A stretch of 64,000 bases of DNA from Candidatus Poribacteria bacterium. Its GTDB lineage: Bacteria; Poribacteria; WGA-4E; JAJDTR01. The stretch lies in assembly GCA_965222225.1 (NCBI GenBank), contig CBDCTK010000002.1, positions 576,001 to 640,000 of the forward strand. The letters are read 5' to 3'. The stretch's first letter is position 1, and every line of letters begins with the position of its first letter. A model generated the notes under the pieces. That model worked only from the letters and a program-made list of their open reading frames with translations. It was not told where the DNA came from and did not search any database. A program made the position numbers and the translations under genes. Positions 1-10,040 of the stretch are shown here, piece by piece.

Positions 1-215
1 TCTACAATAACTCCATCAATGAGCTCTAATCCAGGAAATTCTAGCACAACCACTGAGGCACGGGCGAGATCTTTTTTGAAACCAAGGTCGGCGCCCGCAA
101 CCGTTCGGACATCGCCCAACTCGTCGGTGCGTATTACTAACTGGCGGAGCCTGTTTTGAATGTTACGTGCTTCTTCTGGCGAAACATCCCATGAGTGAAG
201 TTGGCGGTACTGCAT
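1..215 (-). CDS. nfi: Endonuclease V (5' part; runs off the window)
   Basis: Manual translation from ATG at 215: MQYRQLHSWDVSPEEARNIQNRLRQLVIRTDELGDVRTVAGADLGFKKDLARASVVVLEFPGLELID, the typical EndoV N-terminus (HxW...A..IQ..L; VAGxD). Confidence 0.85.
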   Translation of the reverse strand, partial: MQYRQLHSWDVSPEEARNIQNRLRQLVIRTDELGDVRTVAGADLGFKKDLARASVVVLEFPGLELIDGVIV

Positions 216-317
216 TTAGGGGTTATGATTACGCTTCGGCAGTCAGTCTCCTCTCCATTTTGGGGAATGTCTATCGAGTGGTTTAAGCGACGAAACGGTA
301 GGAAATAATCTCCAACA

Positions 318-470
318 CTAGGTATGAAGAGTCTTCGCTACCTTCTGTTTCAGCCGACTCTTCGACATTAACTGCAGCCCTGCGAAAATTGATGTCAAGA
401 ATACATAACCGCCGGCAATCCCCATAAGTGAGCAAGCAACTCCGAGAACAAATTCGATTCCATTAAACAT
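318..470 (-). CDS. Small (50 aa) putative single-pass membrane protein, below the ORF-track cutoff
   Basis: AGGAGAG RBS upstream of ATG; MFNGIEFVLGVACSLMGIAGGYVFLTSIFAGLQLMSKSRLKQKVAKTLHT has a hydrophobic stretch followed by a basic tail. Confidence 0.55.
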   Translation of the reverse strand: MFNGIEFVLGVACSLMGIAGGYVFLTSIFAGLQLMSKSRLKQKVAKTLHT

Positions 471-629
471 TGGATATCTCTCCTACATTAAAATAGGGAC
501 TTAGTAGTTAACTGCTTTTTGGTCGATTTGCTTGCTTTTCTCTTCTTAATGTACAATAACTTTAGACAGTGTTCGGAATCTTGATTCACACTAAAATACA
601 TCTCTATAAGAGAGAAATGGAGGCATATC

Positions 630-752
630 ATGTTGACCAAGCGTTTGTACATGCTCGCGGGAGCATTGCGGGTTATCTGCGGGATTTTAATTTCCAACAC
701 TATGGGATTTTCAGCACACCATGATGTTGTCGTTGACAGAATATACCGATAG
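630..752 (+). CDS. Putative 40-aa passenger peptide inside IS1595 copy 1, convergent with the transposase
   Basis: GGAGG RBS, ATG at 630, MLTKRLYMLAGALRVICGILISNTMGFSAHHDVVVDRIYR; upstream TTGATT-N18-TATAAG. Confidence 0.4.
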   Translation: MLTKRLYMLAGALRVICGILISNTMGFSAHHDVVVDRIYR

Positions 753-770
753 CCAAACAATTCATGTGGC

Positions 771-1625
771 TCAGGTGAAGCATTCATCAAAAAATCTTAT
801 GAAAATCTCATCATCTTTTCTGCGATTATATTTCCAGCAAGACTCCATGATATACAGTGGCAGCCACTTCTTGCTGTAGTGATGATGCGTTCCGTAGAAT
901 GACCTCTTGACACAAGCCCAAAACGACTCGATGGTGTTGGTGTGAGTTACGCCGTCCTCAGAAACATATCTCTCTTGGTGATGGATAACATGTCTTTCGA
1001 TATCTTCGTCCAGACTATTGTAAGAGCGAAATTCATCAGTCATAAGAATAGACTCATCGGGTGAGACATTGCTAAGGATGAATTCTCTGATATTTTCACC
1101 AGATAGAACCTTCATGAATTTAGCAACCACCCGACCGCCTCTCTCGACTACGCCGATGACGGGAGATTTATTTGTGCCTCTACCTCTCTTAGATTTTGCT
1201 CTGGGTTTGCCGCCGACATAGGTTTCGTCCGCTTCAACTATCCCTTTCAGCAATTCATCACTATCACTCATTTTCTCACGGAGGCGCATTGCCATATACC
1301 AAGCGGACTTTTGATTCATGTCCAAGTCACGAGCAAGCTGACAACTCGATATGCTTTTCTTGGCATTGGAAAGAATTGAGATAGCCAAAAACCATTTCTG
1401 GAGAGGTATCTTGGTACCATGGAAGATGGTTCCTGCTGTAGCCGAAAAGCTAGATTCACAATCGTAGCAATTCCAACCAGTAGTAATGTCGTTTTTGTTC
1501 TTGCGTCCAACTTTTTCACTGCCACAGTGGATACAGCAAACACCGTCCTTCCAACGTTTTTCCTCTATAAATCTGAGACAAGATTCTTGATTTGGAAACT
1601 CTTTCATAAGATTCAAAATGTCCAT
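771..1625 (-). CDS. IS1595-family (ISXO2-like) DDE transposase
   Basis: Zn-ribbon CxxC...CxxC, HTH (SSCQLARDL), VEADETYVGG, LMTDE and HTNTIESFW motifs. Confidence 0.95.
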   Translation of the reverse strand: MDILNLMKEFPNQESCLRFIEEKRWKDGVCCIHCGSEKVGRKNKNDITTGWNCYDCESSFSATAGTIFHGTKIPLQKWFLAISILSNAKKSISSCQLARDLDMNQKSAWYMAMRLREKMSDSDELLKGIVEADETYVGGKPRAKSKRGRGTNKSPVIGVVERGGRVVAKFMKVLSGENIREFILSNVSPDESILMTDEFRSYNSLDEDIERHVIHHQERYVSEDGVTHTNTIESFWACVKRSFYGTHHHYSKKWLPLYIMESCWKYNRRKDDEIFIRFFDECFT

Positions 1626-2044
1626 AGCAAACTCCTACGAGAAGAATAGTCACTATGGACATCTACGTGTGACGAAAAGATTTACGACAGGGTACCAAGT
1701 TTTATGTTTGTCGTCAGTCTAAAAGCTACAAGCTACTAATTCCGTTAAAATATAAGAATATTTCTAAAACTTGTCGGTGTAACTACATCGTGAATAGATA
1801 TACGATAAATCATTAACTAGGTTTCAGCAGAAACAGGCGCGATTGAATTATTGATTTGCGCAAGATGAATGCCAAATCACTCGTGCCTTACAAATTCACG
1901 ATATAATTGGAATGGGAGGGAAATCCTGGTTGGAATTTGCTGCGGGAGTGTGTTGTCTAAGCCGCACTCTTGGGTCTCCGGGAGTGGTAGTGTCTTGGCT
2001 GTTACACACTTCATGTGGGCAGGACAGCCGGGAGAGTTGCGTTT

Positions 2045-2479
2045 CTAGCCGATTTCTACTAATTCGAGAGTGATTCCATCAGGATCCAGGAAATAAACAC
2101 ATTTCACAATTGTGCCAGGATCGGTTCCAGTGATTTTCGGTTTCGACTTGAACTGCACACCTTTGCGCCGAAAATCTTGGTACGCGGCATCCATATTATC
2201 GACAACAAAAGCGATGTGAGCACTTCCCGTGTCGCAGGTGCGTGTTCTCAGTGGTTCTCCGATTGGTGAAAGGTACTGAATAAGTTCGATTAGGGAACCG
2301 TGTGCACTCAGAAAGGCAATCCGCAGCCTCGCATCAGAGATACGTGTTACACTGTGTTTGTGAGATTCCTGAATAACCACATCGGAGAGGACATGCCCGT
2401 TGAGAATTTCTGTGTAAAAGTTTAGTGACCTGTCCATGTCACTGACAGTGAGACTGAAATGATGGATGTCTTTAATCAT
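2045..2479 (-). CDS. VOC/glyoxalase-family protein
   Basis: HHFSLTVSDMDRSLNFY, IELIQY, HIAFVVDNMD and YFLDPDGITLELVE motifs. Confidence 0.9.
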   Translation of the reverse strand: MIKDIHHFSLTVSDMDRSLNFYTEILNGHVLSDVVIQESHKHSVTRISDARLRIAFLSAHGSLIELIQYLSPIGEPLRTRTCDTGSAHIAFVVDNMDAAYQDFRRKGVQFKSKPKITGTDPGTIVKCVYFLDPDGITLELVEIG

Positions 2480-2503
2480 TGCACTCTTGGTCGTGATTCC
2501 GCG

Positions 2504-3265
2504 TCAGTTTTCGTCAGGAGAGCTTACCTTTGCCGTTTCAATGAACTCGTAAATTGAGTCCGGCACCAGACTATCGATTGGAGCTCTACGCTGGAGGTGT
2601 TCACGGATAGCAGTTGAGGAAATTTCGGCATAAGCATTGGGCAGTTCGATTACCTTGATGTTGCATGCGTAGCGCCTGACCCCCGGTTTCGAAAGAAATT
2701 GCCGAATCGCGTCTGCGTTGTATTCTTTGCGGTTGGCTGTGATGAAACGACATTGATCGAAGAGGGATTTTAATTCAGCGTGCATGTCGATGTAATATTT
2801 GGAATCGAAAAGTCGAATCAAAGTATCAAAACCGACTATGAAAAGACACAAAGTTCGCGACGGATAGAGCGTTTTAATGGCTTTAATCTTATCGACGAAA
2901 CGTCCATGACTGCTAACCGCTACTGAGAAATCGCTCCGTTGCATCGCATATCTCTTGAGCATGAGAAGGCGATCTTCTAAAGAAAAGCCGAACAAACCTT
3001 TGTCCACGTTCGATTTGGCGAGGCACAGGAGAATCTCTTCAAGACCGAATTTTACTTGCGATTCCTCTATCATTTTCACGTGCGCGACGGTAAGAGGATT
3101 GAAGGATCCTGAGAAAATACCCAGCCGTTTCCCTTCGCTTTTTATATACTCTGATGCCCGATGTACCCACGCGATTTCCGGGCCGCCATCGGAATCGAGC
3201 CGATCGATTATAGCGCTGAGGTCGTGGTATTCATCGGTGTGCTGAAGTTCCTGGGCGAAATTCAC
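2504..3265 (-). CDS. Nicotinate-nucleotide adenylyltransferase-like (NadD/cytidylyltransferase fold)
   Basis: GIFSGSFNPLTVAH, VGFDT and ISSTAIRE motifs. Confidence 0.75.
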   Translation of the reverse strand: MNFAQELQHTDEYHDLSAIIDRLDSDGGPEIAWVHRASEYIKSEGKRLGIFSGSFNPLTVAHVKMIEESQVKFGLEEILLCLAKSNVDKGLFGFSLEDRLLMLKRYAMQRSDFSVAVSSHGRFVDKIKAIKTLYPSRTLCLFIVGFDTLIRLFDSKYYIDMHAELKSLFDQCRFITANRKEYNADAIRQFLSKPGVRRYACNIKVIELPNAYAEISSTAIREHLQRRAPIDSLVPDSIYEFIETAKVSSPDEN

Positions 3266-3410
3266 GCATCAATTCCTTTGAAGGATAGGCGTAACAACAT
3301 TTCCGTACTATAACACAGAGGACAATTTATTGCCAAAAGGTGACCAATAGGGACTCTAATATTTCAGCATTCTAGCAAGGGTGTAGGATGGTGTCAACGA
3401 AAAATGGAGC

Positions 3411-3440
3411 TTGACATTTTTTACGAAACATTGCGATAAT
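3411..3440 (+). promoter_or_regulatory. Sigma70-like promoter upstream of the response regulator
   Basis: TTGACA (3411-3416), N18, GATAAT. Confidence 0.5.
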
Positions 3441-3602
3441 AAAAGGGAGGGATTGCACGAATCTCCGACCAAGTTATGTAGCATTCCCAGTGTCAAACTC
3501 CCTTCACGCATGGGTCGTGACAGCTCGCCGAGTTGTTGGCTCACACACCGTTTTAGAAATACTTGAGTATAGCACGACATGAAATTCTAACGTGAAAAAT
3601 CT

Positions 3603-4286
3603 ATGTTCTCCAGGATTCTTATCGTAGAAGATGATCGTAACATTGTAGAGTTGTTGACGTATAACTTGGAACAAGCGGGTTTTGACGTACACGCAGTCTT
3701 TGATGGTGCCGATGCCCTTCAACGTGCGGCAGCAGATGTGCCCGACCTCATCATCTTGGATTTATTGCTTCCAGAGATAGGTGGGCTTGAGGTTTGTCGT
3801 TTGCTCAAGCGCGATCAACGAACAGCAGGGATTCCGGTGATCATGTTAACGGCAAAAGGCGAGGAAGTAGATCGCATTGTCGGGCTAGAGTTGGGGGCTG
3901 ACGATTACATCACGAAACCGATTAGCCCACGAGAGGTTGTGTTGCGGGTGCGTGCAGTGTTGCGACGTATCGCCTCCCGAACCAATGAATCTTCAAATCA
4001 GATTGAAGTGCACGGTTTAACAATTAATCTAGATAAACATTTGGTGTGCAGTGCGGAGGGTGAAATAGATCTTACAGCTACCGAATTCAAAATGCTGACA
4101 CTGTTTGCGCAGGCGCCTGGCCGTGTCTTTACGAGAAGTGTGCTAATGGATGTGATCTGGGGGCAAGAATATTATGGAGTTGACCGGACCGTGGATACAC
4201 ATGTCAGTCGCTTGCGGAGAAAGTTAGGACACTTTGGAGAGCATATCGAAACAGTTCACGGAGTGGGATACAGATTTATGGGGTGA
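3603..4286 (+). CDS. OmpR/PhoB-family response regulator, probably PhoB/PhoP
   Basis: Receiver domain (ILIVEDD, LDLLLP, GADDYITKP) plus wHTH (RTVDTHVSRLRRKL, IETVHGVGY); adjacent to phoU-pst. No kinase gene in the window. Confidence 0.85.
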   Translation: MFSRILIVEDDRNIVELLTYNLEQAGFDVHAVFDGADALQRAAADVPDLIILDLLLPEIGGLEVCRLLKRDQRTAGIPVIMLTAKGEEVDRIVGLELGADDYITKPISPREVVLRVRAVLRRIASRTNESSNQIEVHGLTINLDKHLVCSAEGEIDLTATEFKMLTLFAQAPGRVFTRSVLMDVIWGQEYYGVDRTVDTHVSRLRRKLGHFGEHIETVHGVGYRFMG

Positions 4287-4509
4287 GGGAGGACATGGCA
4301 GAAGACTTCGTTCGTCTTAATGGTTAAAGGTTATAACGGAACCTGTGTACGGTGCATTCTTGGTGGCAGATACGATTTATCCGTCTCTAAAAAGTAGCCA
4401 ATCGTCTCGCGACACCTGCTTGAATAAGCACAATAGCGAAAAAAATAGTTCAGTTCATTTAAGTGGTTTAACTCAAGGCGATTCGGAGGGGAGTGAGTCA
4501 ACCCGTCAT

Positions 4510-5160
4510 TTACGTGTGCCGGAGGACGTCGCCTTTCACCAAGTAATAAACTTCCTCGCTGATGTTAGCTGCCAAGTCACCGATTCGTTCCAGATGGCGA
4601 AAGAGCAACAAAGTACTAATCCCCGGTCGTAGAATTGTGGAATCGTCTGAAAGGCGAAGCAGGAGTTCTTCAACTGTTTGATTATAGATTTTATCTACCT
4701 GATAGTCCCGTTCTCGTACTGCTTCTGCCAAGTCCGCATCCCGATTCACGAAGGCATCAAGTGCATCTTTTGCCATTTCCTGAACGATGCCCGCAATCCG
4801 AGGTAAGTCGATAAAGGGTTTGACGGGCGGATGTTCAATTAACTCAAGGCTACGTTGAGCAATATTGACCGCTTTGTCTGCCATTCGCTCGACATCATGG
4901 TTAATGGTAAGCACCATGCTCAACAAACGTAGATCCGATGCCGTAGGCTGATGACGAGCAATGAATCGAATACAAGATTCTTCAATCTCATTCTCAAGTG
5001 CGTCAACCTGTCCATCGCTCTGAATCACAACCGATGCCAACTCGCCATCTCGGTTTAAAACGGAATTTACGGCATCTTGCAGCATGCTTTCTGCCATTCC
5101 ACCCATTCTGAGTAATTCCTGTTGAATTTCTTTCAGTTCTACCTCGAAATGACGTCGCAT
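4510..5160 (-). CDS. phoU: Phosphate signalling protein PhoU
   Basis: Two PhoU repeats (QPTASDLR, ERMAD, LERIGDLAANI); follows pstB. Confidence 0.95.
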   Translation of the reverse strand: MRRHFEVELKEIQQELLRMGGMAESMLQDAVNSVLNRDGELASVVIQSDGQVDALENEIEESCIRFIARHQPTASDLRLLSMVLTINHDVERMADKAVNIAQRSLELIEHPPVKPFIDLPRIAGIVQEMAKDALDAFVNRDADLAEAVRERDYQVDKIYNQTVEELLLRLSDDSTILRPGISTLLLFRHLERIGDLAANISEEVYYLVKGDVLRHT

Positions 5161-5264
5161 TTATATTCCCTTCCTCTTAGAATCTGGGTAAGTTGCCGTG
5201 TAGTTCATCTACATTGCCAAGCGTACAAGGTCAACCAAGAATCTATTGGGTGTTCTCCAATCTG

Positions 5265-6044
5265 TTAACCAAACTTCCCAGATACATAGGCTTCGGTACG
5301 ATGATCGCCAGGATTTGTGAAAATCTTATCGGTTAATCCGAACTCAATTAATTCCCCAAGGTAGAGAAACGCGGTATAGTATGAAACTCGCGCGGCTTGT
5401 TGCATGTTGTGTGTTACGATTAGAACAGTGTAACTATCTTTTAACTCTAGAATTAATTCTTCAATCTTCGCAGTGGCGATTGGGTCGAGTGCTGAACATG
5501 GCTCGTCAAGTAGGAGGACTTCAGGCTCAATTGCCAATGTTCTCGCGATGCAGAGTCGCTGTTGCTGCCCGCCCGAAAGAGCATAAGCGCTATCTCTCAA
5601 CTTATCCTTGACTTCGTCCCACAGTGCGGCTTTCTGAAGACTGTCCTCGACAATCGAGTCAAGTTGGTCTCGGTTACGTATGCCTGATATCTTCGGACCA
5701 TATGCGATGTTATCGTATATTGATTTAGGGAACGGGTTCTGTTTCTGGAAGACCATGCCGAGCCGTAAGCGCACTTCCACCGGATCGATAGCGGTAGAAT
5801 AGAGATCTTGCCCTTCAAGAAGAATCTTTCCTGTTAACTTGAAAGTGGGGACAAAGTCGTTCATGCGGTTAAAACAGCGGATTAGTGTGCTCTTACCACA
5901 ACCGGAGGGGCCAATCAGAGCAGTCACTTTGTTCCGCTCAACGTCAAACGATATGTTTCTTAAAGCCTGCGCCTCACCGTACCAAGCGTTGAGATCATGA
6001 ACACTCAGAACCACGTCGAATTTACTGTTTGTCTGCTGCTTCAT
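5265..6044 (-). CDS. pstB: Phosphate ABC transporter ATPase
   Basis: [48 protein letters not shown]. Confidence 0.97.
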   Translation of the reverse strand: MKQQTNSKFDVVLSVHDLNAWYGEAQALRNISFDVERNKVTALIGPSGCGKSTLIRCFNRMNDFVPTFKLTGKILLEGQDLYSTAIDPVEVRLRLGMVFQKQNPFPKSIYDNIAYGPKISGIRNRDQLDSIVEDSLQKAALWDEVKDKLRDSAYALSGGQQQRLCIARTLAIEPEVLLLDEPCSALDPIATAKIEELILELKDSYTVLIVTHNMQQAARVSYYTAFLYLGELIEFGLTDKIFTNPGDHRTEAYVSGKFG

Positions 6045-6051
6045 ACTGACC

Positions 6052-6930
6052 TCATTGATACTGTTTTTGGTAACGGTTTCGCAAGAAGATTGCGAGTGCG
6101 TTCAAAAGAAGCGTTACCACCAAGAGAACAACAATACCTGCGGCCGCATTAATGTGAAACCCCGCTTGCGGACGAGACACCCAATTAAAAATCTGAATCG
6201 GCAATGCTGTAAACGGAGAAAGCAGTCCATCAGGTACAAATGCGACGTACGTCAATGCACCAATTGCGATCAATGGGGCAGTTTCTCCGATGGCGCGAGA
6301 AACTGCCAGTATTATGCCCGTCAGAATCCCGGGAAACGCCAATGGCAACACATGGTCCTTTGTCGTTTGCCACTGTGTGGCGCCGAGTGCATAGGCTGCC
6401 TCCCGGATCGTGCCCGGAACCGCTCGGATTGCCTCCCGAGAAGCGATGATAACGATTGGGAGTACAAGTAGAGCTAATGTCAACGCGCCTGCTAAAAGGC
6501 TTCTATCCAAACGCATCCCACGAACGAACAGTTCCAATCCCAAAAGCCCGTAAATAATCGACGGAACGCCCGCTAGATTCGCAACGTTTACCTCAATGAT
6601 GCGACTCAACCGGCTCGACTGATTTGTATATTCTTCAAGGTACACTGCAGCCGCAACTCCTATCGGTACGGCGACCACTGCAGTCAAGGTAATCAAGTAT
6701 ACACTACCTATGAGAGCAGAGAAGATGCCGGCTTCCGCCGGCTTCCGAGAGGGAAAACTCGTTAGGAATTCCCAGTCAATTCGCGGCAGGCCATCAACTA
6801 GGGCATCAGCAATCAACGCTCCCAGTGTAGCAAGCGCGAGTACAATGCCGACCACCGCAATTATCCGGAAAAGACCGTCGCCCAATTTTTGTCGCTTTAG
6901 CAGTTTTCGGGTGTGTACTGTCGAAATCAT
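6052..6930 (-). CDS. pstA: Phosphate ABC transporter permease
   Basis: [30 protein letters not shown]; operon position. Confidence 0.95.
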   Translation of the reverse strand: MISTVHTRKLLKRQKLGDGLFRIIAVVGIVLALATLGALIADALVDGLPRIDWEFLTSFPSRKPAEAGIFSALIGSVYLITLTAVVAVPIGVAAAVYLEEYTNQSSRLSRIIEVNVANLAGVPSIIYGLLGLELFVRGMRLDRSLLAGALTLALLVLPIVIIASREAIRAVPGTIREAAYALGATQWQTTKDHVLPLAFPGILTGIILAVSRAIGETAPLIAIGALTYVAFVPDGLLSPFTALPIQIFNWVSRPQAGFHINAAAGIVVLLVVTLLLNALAIFLRNRYQKQYQ

Positions 6931-7832
6931 TCGTACTTCTCCCGGAATCGTTGACGCAAAAAGTCGCCAACGAGGTTGAGTGCAAAAGTTGATAAAAATA
7001 AGACCATCCCAACCGCAAAAATCGTCTGGAATTCTAGCGTTCCGGTCGGTGTATCTCCCAAGCTGATTTGAACAATGTAAGTCGTCATTGTTTCAATCGG
7101 CACTAAGGGGTTGAAGGTTAAGTTTGGCATTTGCCCCGCCGCGATTGCCACGAGCATAGTTTCGCCAATTGCACGCGAAATAGCGATGACAAAGGACGCA
7201 GTAATCCCGGAGAACGCCGCCGGTACAACGACCTGCCATGCCGTCTGAAGACGTGAAGAGCCCAGTGCATACGCCGCTTCACGTAAACCGCGTGGGACGG
7301 CATACATCGCGTCTTCGCTTAATGACGAAACTAACGGTATAATCATGATTCCCATCACGATTCCCGGAGAGAGTGCGTTGAATCCACCAAGGCTGGGAAT
7401 TAGTTTTTGTAGCAACGGTGTCACTAATAGAAGAGCAAAATAGCCGTAGACAATGCTCGGAACGCCAGCTAGAATTTCTAGTATCGGTTTTAGTATTTGA
7501 CGGAGGCGCGCAGGAGCATATTCGCTTAAGAAGATTGCAGTCAGTATTCCCAAGGGACCGGCGATCGAAATAGCAATCGCAGACGTAAGCGCGGTCCCCG
7601 CTACAAGCGGAAGTATGCCAAAGTGCTTCTTCACGAAAAGAGGAGTCCACTCGGTGTCGGTGAAAAACTCAATGACAGAGACCTCCTTAAAAAAGCCGAT
7701 TGTCTCAAACAAAAGCACGCCAATAATGCCTACGGTAGTAAAGATTGAGAGCATTCCGCAGGCCAACAAGGCGGTTTCGATGAACTTTTCTCCTGTTCTG
7801 GATTTTCTTGGATGACTCATTATAGAAATCAT
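6927..7832 (-). CDS. pstC: Phosphate ABC transporter permease
   Basis: [28 protein letters not shown]; operon position. Confidence 0.95.
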   Translation of the reverse strand: MISIMSHPRKSRTGEKFIETALLACGMLSIFTTVGIIGVLLFETIGFFKEVSVIEFFTDTEWTPLFVKKHFGILPLVAGTALTSAIAISIAGPLGILTAIFLSEYAPARLRQILKPILEILAGVPSIVYGYFALLLVTPLLQKLIPSLGGFNALSPGIVMGIMIIPLVSSLSEDAMYAVPRGLREAAYALGSSRLQTAWQVVVPAAFSGITASFVIAISRAIGETMLVAIAAGQMPNLTFNPLVPIETMTTYIVQISLGDTPTGTLEFQTIFAVGMVLFLSTFALNLVGDFLRQRFREKYE

Positions 7833-7886
7833 TGGAAGTAGAACATGCGTGTCCAGAGTTAGCAGATTGATCGTGTCACATCGAAT

Positions 7887-8894
7887 TTATTCCGAACCTT
7901 GGCCAAGGAGTTCCTCAACCGAAACCCCCATCTTGGCACCCTTTCCACCAAACACAGAACCCGTGACACGTTTTTGGAAGCGTTCCAAGGCGAGTCGATA
8001 AGCCTCATCAGGTAGTGGAATGTAGCCTACCTCTTTCGTCAAGGCATTTGCGTGCTTGAGATAAAACTCGACAAATCTTTCAACCTCGGGCCGTTCCGCC
8101 GACTTCTTACTCACATAGATAAATATTGGGCGGGAAAGGGGCTGGTAGGTGGAGTTCTTAACCGTTTCGAGCGATGGAAAAATCGGTCCGTCACCGTTTT
8201 CCACCTTGCCATCGTCGATGGGTACTAACTTCAATGAATCCTTATTTTCCTCATAGTATGCTAATCCAAAGAATCCTAGCCCATGCATATTATTGGAGAC
8301 CGCCTGAACGAGAACGTTGTCATCTTCGCTCGCCACAAAATCTCCACGACTCGCACCTTCTGCCCCGTTAATTGCTTTCGTGAAGTAGTCATAGGTACCA
8401 GAATCAACTCCGGGGCCTGCTAACGCAAATTTCTTGTCTGGCCAATCAGGTCGAATTTGATTCCAATGAGTAATCTTGCCTTGTGCCTCCGGTTCCCACA
8501 ACGTTCCAAGTTCGTCAACGGTAAAAAAATCTACCCAGTCGTTTTGAGGATGCACGACGACGGCTAACCCATCGTACGCCACAGGCAACTCTATGTACTC
8601 AATCCCGTTCTTCTCGCACAATTCGACTTCCGTTGGCTTGATAGGTCGCGAGGCGTCAGACATGTCGGTTTCGCCGCGGCCAAATTTTTTGAATCCACCA
8701 CCGGTGCCGGAGATTCCAACAGTAACTCTAAATTTGCGGTTCTCCTTCTGGTATTCTTCGGCAACCGCTTCTGTAATTGGATACACCGTACTTGAGCCAT
8801 CCACTTTAATTAACTTGGCGCCATATGCTGAACTAACTACAAATGCGCAGATGATAAGCACCACTAGCCTAACTTGGCTGAATCGGCAAAGCAT
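7887..8894 (-). CDS. pstS: Phosphate-binding periplasmic protein
   Basis: Signal peptide; [31 protein letters not shown] and [11 protein letters not shown] motifs. Confidence 0.95.
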   Translation of the reverse strand: MLCRFSQVRLVVLIICAFVVSSAYGAKLIKVDGSSTVYPITEAVAEEYQKENRKFRVTVGISGTGGGFKKFGRGETDMSDASRPIKPTEVELCEKNGIEYIELPVAYDGLAVVVHPQNDWVDFFTVDELGTLWEPEAQGKITHWNQIRPDWPDKKFALAGPGVDSGTYDYFTKAINGAEGASRGDFVASEDDNVLVQAVSNNMHGLGFFGLAYYEENKDSLKLVPIDDGKVENGDGPIFPSLETVKNSTYQPLSRPIFIYVSKKSAERPEVERFVEFYLKHANALTKEVGYIPLPDEAYRLALERFQKRVTGSVFGGKGAKMGVSVEELLGQGSE

Positions 8895-9050
8895 TTTAAA
8901 CTCCTTATGGATTTAGTGTTGCATGGAATGCCGCACGTGATTTGCCTCAATTAAAGATTCCATCTTCGATACATCCAGATAGATTGCAAATCTCAGATAG
9001 TTATCTTTTGGGGTTTCGCGTCGGCAATCTCCACAAAACGGTCTTTATTA

Positions 9051-10022
9051 ACCAATGGTGCTAGTTTGAAATTTGGAGGTTAATAAGCATAACATTCCCT
9101 TTTGGCTTTGCTTTAATGCGAAAGGTATCAGGGCATGAGACGATTTCCTCGATTCTACCGTTAATTTGAGTATCGGTAGCTATCAAATAACGGGAGGAAA
9201 TCTAGACTCATGACCATAGTAGATTTTATCACAGAACTGTTTTGTTGTGTTGATGATAAACTCTCACAGCACGGTAAAAACCATAAGCATAGCCAAGCCA
9301 AACTTTATCCGTCTGAAGTGGTTACCACTGCCATGCTCTTTGCGCTCAAGGGTGTGGGTAATCGAGCCTCCTATCGCTGGATAGCGAACAATTTCAAATC
9401 CTTATTTCCGAAGTTACCCGAGCGTACCCGATTGTTCCGCTTATTCGACGGGCATCAACATCTCATTGACGTTTTTATGGCGAATCCTTCGCTTATCGGT
9501 GGAATTGACACGTACGGTATTGAATTGATTCACCCGCGCCGAGAAGGGCGCTCTAAACGTCAAATCGGACGCAAAGGCATTTCCAACCAACGATGGATTG
9601 TAGGTGGAAAACTTTGCTTGCTACACAATCATCTCGGACTGATTGTCAACTGGGACTGCGACACTGCCAATGTACATGATGGGAGTGCCTTCCAACATCT
9701 CGTTGATGGGGTCAGTGACCAGATGGTTGTTTTTGCCGATGTAAATTTCGCCAAAGCGGATTGGTTCCCTTCCAACTTGCGTCTGTGCCGACGTGGCGAG
9801 TGGAATTCTCGGATGCTGGTAGAAACGATTTTGTCCATGTTGACGCTAGTGTGCCATTTTAAGAAAGTCATGCACCGTCGTTGGAGTTACTTCAAAACGC
9901 GAGTCGGCTTTACAATGGCTTTGTTCAATCTCTTGGTACAGTGGAATGGATTGTCGATTGACGACGATGGCTTTGTGCCTCTGTCAATAGCTCAATTCAG
10001 TCTCTAAACTAGCACCAAAGGT
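9051..10022 (+). mobile_element. IS982-like insertion sequence (972 bp)
   Basis: Terminal IRs ACCAATGGTGCTAGTTT / AAACTAGCACCAAAGGT; apparent 5-bp TSD TATTA at 9046-9050 and 10023-10027; single transposase ORF. Family assignment is from memory of motifs. Confidence 0.8.
9210..10007 (+). CDS. DDE transposase (IS982-like)
   Basis: KLYPSEVVT, FPKLPERTRLFR, IDT, ANVHD, FAD and RMLVET motifs. Confidence 0.85.
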   Translation: MTIVDFITELFCCVDDKLSQHGKNHKHSQAKLYPSEVVTTAMLFALKGVGNRASYRWIANNFKSLFPKLPERTRLFRLFDGHQHLIDVFMANPSLIGGIDTYGIELIHPRREGRSKRQIGRKGISNQRWIVGGKLCLLHNHLGLIVNWDCDTANVHDGSAFQHLVDGVSDQMVVFADVNFAKADWFPSNLRLCRRGEWNSRMLVETILSMLTLVCHFKKVMHRRWSYFKTRVGFTMALFNLLVQWNGLSIDDDGFVPLSIAQFSL

Positions 10023-10040
10023 TATTATATCACAAGAGTG

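Larger units (their letters stand above)
496..1744 (-). mobile_element. IS1595-family insertion sequence, copy 1 (1249 bp)
   Basis: Near-identical to 31465-32713 in inverted orientation. Imperfect terminal IRs (CGGAATTAGTAG / GGGACTTAGTAG). 8-bp TSD TTAAAATA at 488-495 and 1745-1752. Confidence 0.95.

Noticed and set aside
488-790. 100-aa ORF (and its twin 32419-32718) overlapping the transposase end
   Set aside because: It runs through the IS terminus into different flanks and has no clear RBS. The opposite-strand 40-aa ORF has better signals.
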